NCBI GenBank assembly: GCA_035650455.1
Contig: DASRHQ010000070.1
Coordinates: 60-64,059, forward strand
Length of the DNA: 64,000 nt
From: Solirubrobacteraceae bacterium
Lineage (GTDB): Bacteria > Actinomycetota > Thermoleophilia > Solirubrobacterales > Solirubrobacteraceae
Reading direction: 5' to 3'
Made by a program: the position numbers and the translations under genes. The notes under the pieces were generated by a model. It was not told where the DNA came from, did no database searches, and saw only the letters and a list, made by a program, of their open reading frames with translations. Shown here piece after piece: positions 1-8,996 of the stretch; positions within the stretch are counted from its first letter, which is position 1, and each line of letters starts with the position of its first letter.

Positions 1-878
1 ACGACGGCGCAGATCTGCTGGTGGGCGCGCACGAGCGAGCAGGGGCGATGCTCGAGGGCCTTATCGGCGGGACCGAGGAGACCGCGACCGGACTGGTGCG
101 CTTGCGGCGCCTCGAGCAGCAGGAGAGGCTCGCCTGCCCGGTCTTCGCCGTCAACGAAGCCCGCACCGAGCGCTCGCTCAACGACCGTCATGGCACGGGC
201 CAGTCCGCCCTGGACGGAATCGTCCGGGCTAGCCACGTGTTGCTCGCGGGACACACCCTGGTGGTGGTGGGATACGGCTGGGCGGGCAGGGGTATCGCCG
301 AACGCGCGCGGGGCGCGGGCGCCCACGTGGTGGTCTGTGAAATCGACCCGCTGGCGGCGCTGGAAGCGCGAATGGCGGGCTACGAGGTGATGCCGGCCCT
401 CAGCGCGGCGGAGCGAGGGGATGTGTTCGTGACCGTGACAGGCTCGCGCCGCGTGCTGCGGGGCGAGCACTTTGAGCGTATGAAGGACGGGGCGCTTCTG
501 GCCAACGCCGGGCACTTCGACGTGGAGATCGATCTCAATGAGCTGGGCGCGCTTGCACGCAATGTCCGTCAGGTGCGACCGCTGGTCGAGCAGTACGTCC
601 TCGATGACGGGCGGCGGCTGAACCTGCTGGCTTCAGGCCGCGTCGTCAATCTCGCGGCCGGCGAGGGACATCCCGCTGCCGTGATGGATGTTTCGTTCGC
701 CCTACAGGCACTGTGCGTGCAGGAGCTGGTGCGGCTGCGCGGCGAGCTGGAGCGCGGAGTGCTGCCCGTCCCCGCCGCCATTGACCGCGAGGTGGGAAGG
801 CTCAAGCTGCAGGCGCTCGATGTGGCGATCGACGAGGCCACCGCAGACCAATCCGGGTACCGTGAGTCCTGGGCGTGA
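1..878 (+). CDS. ahcY: Adenosylhomocysteinase, 5'-partial (frame open from base 3)
   Basis: GGTEETATG, NDRHGTGQSALDGI, VVGYGWAGRG NAD-binding motif, NAGHFDVEID, GRVVNLAAGEGHPAAVMDVSFA. Confidence 0.93.
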   Translation, partial: DGADLLVGAHERAGAMLEGLIGGTEETATGLVRLRRLEQQERLACPVFAVNEARTERSLNDRHGTGQSALDGIVRASHVLLAGHTLVVVGYGWAGRGIAERARGAGAHVVVCEIDPLAALEARMAGYEVMPALSAAERGDVFVTVTGSRRVLRGEHFERMKDGALLANAGHFDVEIDLNELGALARNVRQVRPLVEQYVLDDGRRLNLLASGRVVNLAAGEGHPAAVMDVSFALQALCVQELVRLRGELERGVLPVPAAIDREVGRLKLQALDVAIDEATADQSGYRESWA

Positions 879-1945
879 GCATGAGCACCAACACGACAGG
901 GCGGGTGGCGAGTGGGGCAACCGATAGGGCCCGGCGCGTTCAGGGACCTGTCCGGGGTGGCCTCGACCTCGGCGGCACCAAGATCGAGGCGATCGCGGTC
1001 GATCGCCGCAATCGCGTGCTGGGCTCGGCGCGGCGGCCCACTCCGACTTCCGGCGGACCCGCCGATGTAGCCGCGGAGCTCGCCCGGGCGGTGTCCGAGG
1101 CCTGCGCCGAGGCCGGGATAGAGCCGCACGCGCTCAGTGGGGTGGGGGTGGGCTCGCCGGGATCCGTCGATCCGCAGACCGGAGCGGTCGCGAACGCGCG
1201 CAACCTCCCGGGATGGCAGGACTCGTTCCCGCTGGCGGAAACGCTGAGCTCCGAGCTCGGTACCTCCGTGCGCGTCGGCAATGACGTCCAAGTGGCCACC
1301 GACGCGGAGTTCAAGCTCGGTGCCGGCAAGCCCTACCGCTCGATACTCGGAGTCTTCTGGGGGACGGGAGTTGGAGGGGGGCTGATCCTGGACCGCAGAC
1401 CGTGGCTGGGGCGCGGTGCCGCGGGCGAAATCGGTCACACGGTGGTCAAGTCCGGCGGCAGGCGTTGTCCGTGCGGACGGCGCGGATGCCTCGAGGCGTA
1501 CGCCGGGCGCGGGGCCATGGAGGCCCGCGCTCGTAAGCTCGCCAAGAAAGGCAAGCACACCGACCTTTTTCATTTGATGGAAGAGCGGGGACGTACACGG
1601 ATGACCAGCTCGATCTGGGGCCACGCACTTGAGCTTGGCGACAAGCTCGCCACGGAGCTCATCGACGAGGCGATCGAGGCCCTGGGGACGGGCATCGCCT
1701 CCGCCGTCAACCTGCTCGACATCGAGGCGGTGGTCATCGGCGGTGGACTCGGCGTCCGTTTCGGCGCCCCGATGGTGAAGCGGATCGCGGAAGCCATGAC
1801 TCCCCACTTGTTCAATGACTGGAGACCTCCCGCCGTGCACGTGGCGGCGCTGGGCGACTTGGGGGGCGCGCTTGGGGCGGCGCTGTTGGTGCCTCGAGGT
1901 GCAAGGAAAACAGTTGACGCCGGCTCCACTCGCCGCGATGATTGA
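875..1945 (+). CDS. ROK-family sugar kinase (glucokinase-like)
   Basis: GLDLGGTKI, GNDVQVA, GTGVGGG, GEIGH, CPCGRRGCLEAYAG zinc motif; start may be ATG 881. Confidence 0.9.
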   Translation: MSMSTNTTGRVASGATDRARRVQGPVRGGLDLGGTKIEAIAVDRRNRVLGSARRPTPTSGGPADVAAELARAVSEACAEAGIEPHALSGVGVGSPGSVDPQTGAVANARNLPGWQDSFPLAETLSSELGTSVRVGNDVQVATDAEFKLGAGKPYRSILGVFWGTGVGGGLILDRRPWLGRGAAGEIGHTVVKSGGRRCPCGRRGCLEAYAGRGAMEARARKLAKKGKHTDLFHLMEERGRTRMTSSIWGHALELGDKLATELIDEAIEALGTGIASAVNLLDIEAVVIGGGLGVRFGAPMVKRIAEAMTPHLFNDWRPPAVHVAALGDLGGALGAALLVPRGARKTVDAGSTRRDD

Positions 1946-1975
1946 GTTCACCGCACAAGGATCAAGGAGATCGAT

Positions 1976-2575
1976 ATGTCTTGGAAGCTCCAGGGTTCTT
2001 ACTTTGAGTCCTGCTCCTGCGACGTCGTTTGTCCTTGCACCGCGTCGTTCTCGCTCGGTGCCACCAAGGACTACTGCCGGGTCGTGCTGGTCTTTCACGT
2101 CGAACGGGGCGAGATTGAGGGCGTAGATGTAGGCGATCTGTCGGTGGCGGCGGTCGCGGATACGCCGAAGGTGATGAGCGAGGGCAACTGGAAGCTGGGC
2201 GTCTTTATCGACGCGGCGGCCTCGGACGAGCAGGCGCAAAAGCTCGGGGCGGTGTTCTCGGGCTCGCTCGGGGGGCCGATGTCGGCGCTCGGCCCGCTGG
2301 TGTCAGAGAACCTCGGGGTGCAGCGCGAGCCGATCGAATTCCGCGACGACGGTCTGCGCCATTCGGTCAAGATCGGCGACGCGGTCGAGCTCGAGGTCGA
2401 GGACGTCGTTCCGTTCGGCGCCCAGGACGGGCAGCCGGTCAAGCTCGTGGGCGTCTTTCATCCCGCCGGCCGCGAGCTGACGGTGGCGCGTGCGACCAGC
2501 TCGAAGGTCGACGCGTTCGGCGTCCAGTACGAGGGCAAATCGGCGTTCTCGTCGGCATTCTCCTGGGCGGCGTGA
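1976..2575 (+). CDS. DUF1326-family protein
   Basis: MSWKLQGSYFESCSCDVVCPC N-terminus typical of the family; AAGGAG RBS; GTGA overlap with next gene. Confidence 0.85.
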   Translation: MSWKLQGSYFESCSCDVVCPCTASFSLGATKDYCRVVLVFHVERGEIEGVDVGDLSVAAVADTPKVMSEGNWKLGVFIDAAASDEQAQKLGAVFSGSLGGPMSALGPLVSENLGVQREPIEFRDDGLRHSVKIGDAVELEVEDVVPFGAQDGQPVKLVGVFHPAGRELTVARATSSKVDAFGVQYEGKSAFSSAFSWAA

Positions 2576-3471
2576 GCTTCGCCTCGGCCCAGTCCCTCAG
2601 CGTCGAGAGGCGCCCGGAGCGTGAGCGGCGCGAGCTCGCCATGGCCCTGGCCGCGATGCGCGGTCGCCTCGTGCTCGTCGCGCTGCTGTTCGCATTAGCC
2701 GGCACCGCATGGTGGATATCCGCGGTGCGGATGGGGGGCATGACCACGATGGGGGGCTCGGGCACGGCGACCATGCACGGCATGGGCTCGATGAGTGGCC
2801 ATGGCAGCTCGATGGGCGGGCATGCCATGGGCTCAGCCGGCGCCAAGACGATGGCTCAAAACGCGGGTAGCGAACTCGGGACGCTGGGCTGGTTCGTCAT
2901 CACCTGGATCGTGATGATGGCCGCGATGATGTTTCCCTCTCTGGCGCCGACCGTGGCTCTCTACGCGCGCGTCACGCGCGGGCGCGGGACCGACAGGGCG
3001 GTCATCTTCGCGGGTGGTTACCTGCTCGTCTGGGGCATCGCCGGCGCCCTGGCTTATGGCCTGTTTGAGGCGGGGAGAAGCCTCTTCGGGCAGGAGCTCG
3101 CGTGGAACCGGGCGGGAAGCGCAGTGGCGGCGGGGGTGGTCGCGCTGGCGGCGCTGTATCAGCTGACTCCGTTCAAAAACGCGTGCTTGGCCAGGTGCCG
3201 CGGGCCGCTGGGGTTCATCCTCGGCTCATGGCGCGAGGGCCGTGTGGGCGCGCTCCAGATGGGCGCGCGCCACGCGCTCTGGTGCCTTGGCTGCTGCTGG
3301 GCGCTGATGGCGGCCCTGTTCGCGCTGGGGATCATGAGCCTCGGCTGGATGGCCGCTGTGGCCGCCCTGATCGCGCTCGAGAAGACCCTTCCCTGGCGCC
3401 GCATCGCCACGGGCGGAACATCGCTTGTGTTGATCGGCCTAGCCGGAGCGTTGCTCGCGGGAGCGGTGTAG
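2572..3471 (+). CDS. DUF2182-family metal-binding integral membrane protein
   Basis: MMAAMMFPS, YQLTPFKNACLARCRGP, WCLGCCWALMA, GIMSLGWM, LEKTLP; usual partner of DUF1326. Confidence 0.88.
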   Translation: MSFASAQSLSVERRPERERRELAMALAAMRGRLVLVALLFALAGTAWWISAVRMGGMTTMGGSGTATMHGMGSMSGHGSSMGGHAMGSAGAKTMAQNAGSELGTLGWFVITWIVMMAAMMFPSLAPTVALYARVTRGRGTDRAVIFAGGYLLVWGIAGALAYGLFEAGRSLFGQELAWNRAGSAVAAGVVALAALYQLTPFKNACLARCRGPLGFILGSWREGRVGALQMGARHALWCLGCCWALMAALFALGIMSLGWMAAVAALIALEKTLPWRRIATGGTSLVLIGLAGALLAGAV

Positions 3472-3511
3472 GGGCTCTCGAGGCCCGTATCAGCGCCGGC
3501 TGGCAAGCAGC

Positions 3512-4303
3512 TTGTTAGCTTTGGGGTGGTTGACCCGGTTGATCCGCCGAGCTGCGCTTTTGATCGTCATGCTGGCTGTCGCCGGCTGCGGGGCCACCAC
3601 CGTCGAGCATGTGACCGCGACCCGCGCTTCGCGCACCACGGCGACCACCTCAACGTCCGCGTCCATTTCTGGCGTTCGCGTGCGGCCGCATGCCGTCGAG
3701 CCGAACGCCGGATCGGTGCAGACATTCAGCCCCTCCAGCCCGGGCCCAACTTCCGGGCCCTCCGGCACTCCGGTCGGCGATCCCAATGCCCACGCGCCAC
3801 CCCTGTCGGACGTGAGGCACGAGCTGCGCCTGGAGCTGGTGTCTGTGAAGAAGACCAACGCCACCTACATCAACCCACTGCACTATGTGACCTGTTGCGG
3901 CGTGTGGGAGCGGACCGACCAGGGGGTCGACGCGACGATGCCGACGGGAGCGCCGATCCTCGCGCCCTGCAGGGTCAAGATCCTCGACATCGAGCCCAAC
4001 TGGTACGCGGGGCAGCCGCTGATCTATTTCGAGCTGCTGGAAGGTCCCGACGCCGGCAAGGTGCAGTACGTGGCCGAGGAGATCACCCAGCTCGCACGAC
4101 CCGGCAGCACCCTCCAGCAGGGCCAACCGATCGCCCGCTTTGCAGCCAGCGGCACGGGGATCGAATACGGGTGGTCGACCATCAACGGGATCACGCTTGC
4201 GATGGCGACGACGGGGTACGAAGAGGGCCAGGAGACGCCGGCCGGCAAGTCGATGCGGGCATGGCTGAACAGCCTCGGCGCGCACGCGGGCCCGAACACT
4301 TAG
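3512..4303 (+). CDS. Secreted lipoprotein with M23/LytM-like domain (degenerate metal ligands)
   Basis: Lipobox LAVAGC, Thr/Ser/Pro linker, DQGVDATMPTGAPILAP, GSTLQQGQPIA; start uncertain. Confidence 0.55.
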   Translation: MLALGWLTRLIRRAALLIVMLAVAGCGATTVEHVTATRASRTTATTSTSASISGVRVRPHAVEPNAGSVQTFSPSSPGPTSGPSGTPVGDPNAHAPPLSDVRHELRLELVSVKKTNATYINPLHYVTCCGVWERTDQGVDATMPTGAPILAPCRVKILDIEPNWYAGQPLIYFELLEGPDAGKVQYVAEEITQLARPGSTLQQGQPIARFAASGTGIEYGWSTINGITLAMATTGYEEGQETPAGKSMRAWLNSLGAHAGPNT

Positions 4304-4391
4304 TCACGCGTCGCCGGGGGCCGTGACAAAAGCTCCGGGCGGCATTAAGCTCAGCTCCCCACAAGCACCGTTCCTTTTAGGAGGTCGGCCG

Positions 4392-4769
4392 ATGCGTATC
4401 GAGGTCAAGGGCCGCAACGTGACCGTCACCGACGAACTGAAGGAGCACGTGCAAAAGCGCTTCAGGAAGATCGCGCGCCAGGTCTCTGAGCTGGCCCTGG
4501 CGGAGGTAGAACTCTCCGAGGAGCGCAACCCGGCGATCGCCGACGCGCAGGTCGCCGAGTGCACGCTGCACCTCAAGGGGGTCACTTTGCGCGCGTGCGA
4601 CAGGTCTCCGGACCTCATGCATTCGATCAACCTTGTCGCCGATGAGCTCGCCGTCCAGGTCAAACGCCACCGCGACAAGCGGCGCAAGCGGCGGGAGTCG
4701 CGGGCGGCGGCCCAGCCACCCTCTGCCGCCGCGCCGGGGGTCTCCGGGGGGATCTCGCCGGCCTCGTAG
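4392..4769 (+). CDS. hpf: Ribosome hibernation factor HPF/RaiA, short form (125 aa)
   Basis: MRIEVKGRNVTVTDELKEHVQKRF...DLMHSINLVADELAVQVKRHRDK; TAGGAGG RBS upstream. Confidence 0.9.
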   Translation: MRIEVKGRNVTVTDELKEHVQKRFRKIARQVSELALAEVELSEERNPAIADAQVAECTLHLKGVTLRACDRSPDLMHSINLVADELAVQVKRHRDKRRKRRESRAAAQPPSAAAPGVSGGISPAS

Positions 4770-4816
4770 CCTGCCTCCGTGGTCTACGGTAAGGGCCCTT
4801 CGTTCCTCCCTGCTAA

Positions 4817-4890
4817 GGACCCTGGGCTCCGCAGCGGGACCACTCGCGTGAGCAGCCGGGGTACCGCTGGGGAGCCCAGTGGTCCGCTGC
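4817..4890. repeat. Long imperfect inverted repeat between hpf and secA
   Basis: GGACC-CTGGGCTCC-G-CAGCGG (4817-4837) pairs with CCGCTG-G-GGAGCCCAG-T-GGTCC (4864-4885). Confidence 0.6.
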
Positions 4891-4896
4891 TAGATT
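4889..4896 (+). promoter_or_regulatory. Candidate -10 element (GCTAGATT), probably leaderless secA transcript
   Basis: TAGATT 4891-4896 lies 8 nt before ATG 4905; no SD present. Confidence 0.45.
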
Positions 4897-4904
4897 GACG
4901 CAAG

Positions 4905-7790
4905 ATGTCATTCCTTGACCGCGCGCTTCGTATCGGCGAGGCCAAGAAATACAAGGTCTATGAGCAGCGCGTCGAGCGGATCAACGCCTACGAGCCCGAG
5001 CTAGAGCTCTACTCGGACGAGGAGGTGCGCGAGTCCGTCGACGAGCTTCGCGAGCGGGCACGCAACGGCGAGCCACTCGACGACCTTCTCAATGAGTGCT
5101 TCGCGCTGGTCCGCGAAGCGGGCAGGCGCACTCTGGGCATGCGCCATTTCGATGTCCAGCTGGTCGGCGGCATGGTGCTTCATGACGGGGCCATCGCGGA
5201 GATGAAGACGGGCGAGGGCAAGACCTTGGTGGCGACGCTGCCGGTGACCCTCAATTCCCTGGGCGGTCGGGGCGTGCACGTCGTCACGGTGAACGATTAC
5301 CTGGCTCGCCGCGACGCCTTGTGGATGAAGCCGATCTATGACCTCCTCGGGGTGACGATCGGGGTGCTCCAGAACATGCAGCCCTACGAGGAGAAGCGAG
5401 ACGCATACGCGGCTGACGTCACCTATGGCACCAACTCCGAGTTTGGCTTTGACTATCTCCGCGACAACATGGCCAAGTCGCTCGAGGAGAAGGTCCAGAA
5501 CGGCGGAAGGCCAAAGCCCGAGGGGGGCGGCTCGCCGTACCACACCTACGCGATCGTCGACGAAGTCGACAACATCCTCATCGACGAGGCCCGCACACCG
5601 CTGATCATCTCCGGCGCGCCGGAGCAGGCGGCCGACCTGTACGGGAAGTTCTCCCGGCTGGCTCCCACGATGGAGGCCGGGAAGACTCCCGAGGGTCTTG
5701 ACCCGCGCACCAAGCGGGAGTTCGTGGCCGATTTCGATTACGAGTTCGATGAGAAGCACAAGACGGTCTCGATCACCGAACGGGGCGTGGGCAAGGCAGA
5801 GCGTTTTCTGGCGATCGATCACCTCTACCGCGCCGAGAACGGCCATCTCGTCAACCACCTCATCCAGTCGCTCAAGGCGGAGTCGCTGTACAAGCGCGAC
5901 GTCGACTACGCGGTGGTCGACGGCGAGGTCAAGATCATCGACGAGTTCACCGGCCGCATTCTGGAAGGGCGGCGCTGGTCGGAAGGGCTCCACCAGGCGG
6001 TCGAGGCCAAGGAGGGCGTGCGCGTCCAGGAGGAGAACCAGACCCTCGCGACGATCACGCTTCAGAACTACTTCCGCATGTACGACAAGCTCGCCGGCAT
6101 GACGGGCACGGCTCTGACCGAGGCCACCGAGTTCATGAAGATCTACGAGCTGCCCGTCGTGGAGGTCCCCACCAACAAGCCGATGGTCCGCGAGGACTAC
6201 AACGACCAGGTCTACAAGACCAAGGACGGCAAGTGGGCGGCGGTGCTCAAGGAGATAGAGGAGCGCCACGAGCGCGGTCAGCCCGTACTCGTCGGGACCA
6301 TCTCGGTCGAGGTATCGGAGCTGCTCGGGGGCCGGCTGTCTCGCAAGGGGATCAAGCACACGGTCCTCAACGCCAAGCCCGAGCATGCGGAGCGTGAGGG
6401 CGAAACGATCGCCGAAGCCGGCGCGCCCGGCGCGGTGACGATCGCCACCAACATGGCCGGCCGCGGCGTCGACATCAAGCTCGGGGGCAACCCCGAACAC
6501 CTCGCGCGCCTCGAGGTGGCAAAGCTGGGCCTTTCGCCGGGCGACCCCGACTACGAGCAGCACTACGCCAAGGTGTTGCCTACGATCGAGGAGCGCGTGG
6601 ATGACCTGCGCGAGCAGGTGCTCGACGAGGGCGGCCTGTTCATCCTCGGCACCGAGCGCCACGAGGCTCGGCGGATCGACAACCAGCTGCGGGGCCGCTC
6701 GGGCCGGCAGGGCGATCCGGGCGAGTCGCGGTTCTTCTTGAGCGCCCAGGACGACCTCGTGCGCCTGTTCGCCGGCGACCGCATCTACAAGATTCTCGAA
6801 AAGATGGGCACGGTCGACGACGAGGGCAACGAGGAGCCGATTGAGGCGAAGATCCTCTCGAAGCAGATCGAGAAGGCGCAGCGCAAGGTGGAGGAGCAGC
6901 ACTTCCTCATGCGCAAGCACACGCTCGAGTACGACGACGTCGCCAACCAGCAGCGCGAGGTGATCTACCGCTACCGCGACGACGTGCTCGAGGGCCGTGA
7001 CATGAGCGACGCGGCCCGCGAGCAGATCACGGAGCTGCTCGAGCGGCTGGTGGAGGAGTACACCGCCTCGGACTTCGTCGAGGACTGGGACGTCGAGGGC
7101 CTTTTGAACCGCGTGCGCGAGATCTTCGAGCCGAGCGATGAGCTGATGCAGGCGGCTCCCGATCGCTCCGACCGCGAGGACCTCACAAGCGGTCTCCAGG
7201 AAGAGGCCATGGCTTTCTACGATCAGCGCGAAGAGGAGTTCGGCGACGAGCTCATGCGCGAGCTCGAGCGCTACCTGCTGCTGGAGATCATCGACCAGCG
7301 CTGGCGCGAGCACCTCTACGACCTCGACTACCTGCAACAGGGAATCGGGCTGCGGGCCGCGGCCCAGGAGGAGCCGCTGGTCGCCTACAAGAACGACGCC
7401 TTCCGGCTGTTCGGCGACCTCATGAACAACATTTGGGGTGACTTCGCCCGCATGATCTTCCACGTCCAGGTGGTGATCGAGGGGCCCGACGGCGGCAACG
7501 GCGTCCCGCCGCCCGCCGTCCCTTCGCGACCTGCTGCGAGCTCGAGCTCATCGACCCGGGGCGGGAGCGTGTCCTACTCCGGCGGCGTTGCGCCTGCCGG
7601 CGCGATGGCCATGGCGGCCGCCGCGGGGTCACCCGCCGAGGCCGGCATGGCCGCCGAAGACGGGTACGAGGAGCCGATGCTGCCCGCACCTGTCGAGCAG
7701 CGGCGCGTCGACCACGAGCACCAGCTCGGGCGCAACGACCCCTGCTGGTGCGGCTCGGGCAAGAAGTTCAAGAAGTGCCACGGGGCGTGA
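4905..7790 (+). CDS. secA: Preprotein translocase ATPase SecA
   Basis: MKTGEGKT, VDEVD, ATNMAGRGVDI, GRSGRQGDPG, C-terminal SEC-C motif GRNDPCWCGSGKKFKKCHG. Confidence 0.99.
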   Translation: MSFLDRALRIGEAKKYKVYEQRVERINAYEPELELYSDEEVRESVDELRERARNGEPLDDLLNECFALVREAGRRTLGMRHFDVQLVGGMVLHDGAIAEMKTGEGKTLVATLPVTLNSLGGRGVHVVTVNDYLARRDALWMKPIYDLLGVTIGVLQNMQPYEEKRDAYAADVTYGTNSEFGFDYLRDNMAKSLEEKVQNGGRPKPEGGGSPYHTYAIVDEVDNILIDEARTPLIISGAPEQAADLYGKFSRLAPTMEAGKTPEGLDPRTKREFVADFDYEFDEKHKTVSITERGVGKAERFLAIDHLYRAENGHLVNHLIQSLKAESLYKRDVDYAVVDGEVKIIDEFTGRILEGRRWSEGLHQAVEAKEGVRVQEENQTLATITLQNYFRMYDKLAGMTGTALTEATEFMKIYELPVVEVPTNKPMVREDYNDQVYKTKDGKWAAVLKEIEERHERGQPVLVGTISVEVSELLGGRLSRKGIKHTVLNAKPEHAEREGETIAEAGAPGAVTIATNMAGRGVDIKLGGNPEHLARLEVAKLGLSPGDPDYEQHYAKVLPTIEERVDDLREQVLDEGGLFILGTERHEARRIDNQLRGRSGRQGDPGESRFFLSAQDDLVRLFAGDRIYKILEKMGTVDDEGNEEPIEAKILSKQIEKAQRKVEEQHFLMRKHTLEYDDVANQQREVIYRYRDDVLEGRDMSDAAREQITELLERLVEEYTASDFVEDWDVEGLLNRVREIFEPSDELMQAAPDRSDREDLTSGLQEEAMAFYDQREEEFGDELMRELERYLLLEIIDQRWREHLYDLDYLQQGIGLRAAAQEEPLVAYKNDAFRLFGDLMNNIWGDFARMIFHVQVVIEGPDGGNGVPPPAVPSRPAASSSSSTRGGSVSYSGGVAPAGAMAMAAAAGSPAEAGMAAEDGYEEPMLPAPVEQRRVDHEHQLGRNDPCWCGSGKKFKKCHGA

Positions 7791-7989
7791 CAGGGCTGGC
7801 GCGGAGACCTCGCCTCTCTGTCAAATAACGCTGCATTCCCCCAACGGAGCGGGATTGCGTGTCACTTTGCTCAGCGTGAGCAGCACGCTGGCGGGCAAGA
7901 TTCGCACCACCTCGGCCTCGCCGAAGGGCGTTTGCGAATCCGTCTCGCCAGGCGAGCACGATTCGCAAAGGCTCGTAAAGGCGCTCGGG

Positions 7990-8952
7990 GTGAAGCGACT
8001 TTTGCCCGTGTCCGGCACCGCGTTGGAGCGGACGGCAGCGATCGCACAGCTACAACGGGGCCGGGCCGCGCGCCGGCAGTTGCTCGTCGCGGGGGTGAGC
8101 AAGGCCGCGATCGGTCGAATGATCGCGCAAGGGTTGCTCCACCCTGAGCACGCGGGGGTGTACGCGGTGGTCCACAACTCGCCCGTGCCGCTCGCCCGCG
8201 AGACGGCGGCGCTGCTTGCCTGCGGGGACCAGGCCTGCTTGAGTCACGGCTCGGCGGCCGCCGTCTGGAGAATCCTCGAGGCAGAAGATGCGGACGTGGA
8301 GGTGACGATCGTTGCTTCGAACAGCGGCCGGCGGCGTCCCGGCGTCCGGATTCACCACTCGCGCGACCTGCGTCCCCGCGACGTGCGCATTCACCAGGGG
8401 CTGCCGCTCACGTCTCCAGCGCGGACGCTTCTCGACCTCGCCGGCCGCTTGGATAGGCGCTCGCTGGAGCGGACGCTCGATGAGGCGCTGGTGGTTCGCA
8501 AGCTTGTCTCCCGATCGCAAATCCTTGATGTCCTCGGCCGCGCCATTGGGCACGGCGGGGCGTCGCTGCTCAGGACGCTGATGGCGCGGCGCAGCGGTTC
8601 GTCGATCACCCACTCGGAAGCCGAGCGCAGGTGCCTCGAGCTGATCCGCGAGGCGCGACTCCCAGAACCGAAAACGCAAGTCAGGATCGCCGGTTATACC
8701 GTCGATCTGCTGTGGCCCGAGCACCGCGTCGTCTTCGAGATCGACGGCTACGACTTTCACACCAGCCGCTCAGCCTTCGATCGCGACCGGCGTAAGGACG
8801 CGGTGCTGAAGTCGGCGGGCTATGACCCGAATCGGTTGTCGCGCGACCAGGTGGTCTTCGAGCCATACCTCGCCATCGCGGCGATTTCGGAGGCACTGGC
8901 CCGCGCGAGACAACCCGAGCCGCTGGTCCGCGCGAGCGGTCGCCAGACGTAG
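7990..8952 (+). CDS. AbiEi-type N-domain + DUF559 (Vsr-like PD-(D/E)XK) protein
   Basis: RRQLLVAGVS...GLLHPEHAGVYAV, LSHGSAA, TSPARTLLDL, YTVDLLW...VFEIDGYDFH...DRRKDAVL; start GTG 7990 is my choice, the ORF-track start at 7588 overlaps secA. Confidence 0.75.
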   Translation: MKRLLPVSGTALERTAAIAQLQRGRAARRQLLVAGVSKAAIGRMIAQGLLHPEHAGVYAVVHNSPVPLARETAALLACGDQACLSHGSAAAVWRILEAEDADVEVTIVASNSGRRRPGVRIHHSRDLRPRDVRIHQGLPLTSPARTLLDLAGRLDRRSLERTLDEALVVRKLVSRSQILDVLGRAIGHGGASLLRTLMARRSGSSITHSEAERRCLELIREARLPEPKTQVRIAGYTVDLLWPEHRVVFEIDGYDFHTSRSAFDRDRRKDAVLKSAGYDPNRLSRDQVVFEPYLAIAAISEALARARQPEPLVRASGRQT

Positions 8953-8996
8953 CGCCCGCCGCAAGCGCCTGTCGCTCCGCTAGCCTTGACCACGCG

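Noticed and set aside
569-2239. 556-aa minus-strand ORF
   Set aside because: Antisense shadow of ahcY/ROK/DUF1326; Arg/Pro-rich with no motifs, typical of high-GC DNA.
5001-7463. 820-aa minus-strand ORF
   Set aside because: Exact antisense of secA, caused by codon bias that avoids stops.
7588-7989. N-terminal extension of the 454-aa ORF
   Set aside because: Overlaps the secA 3' end and the intergenic hairpin; family homology starts only near 7990.
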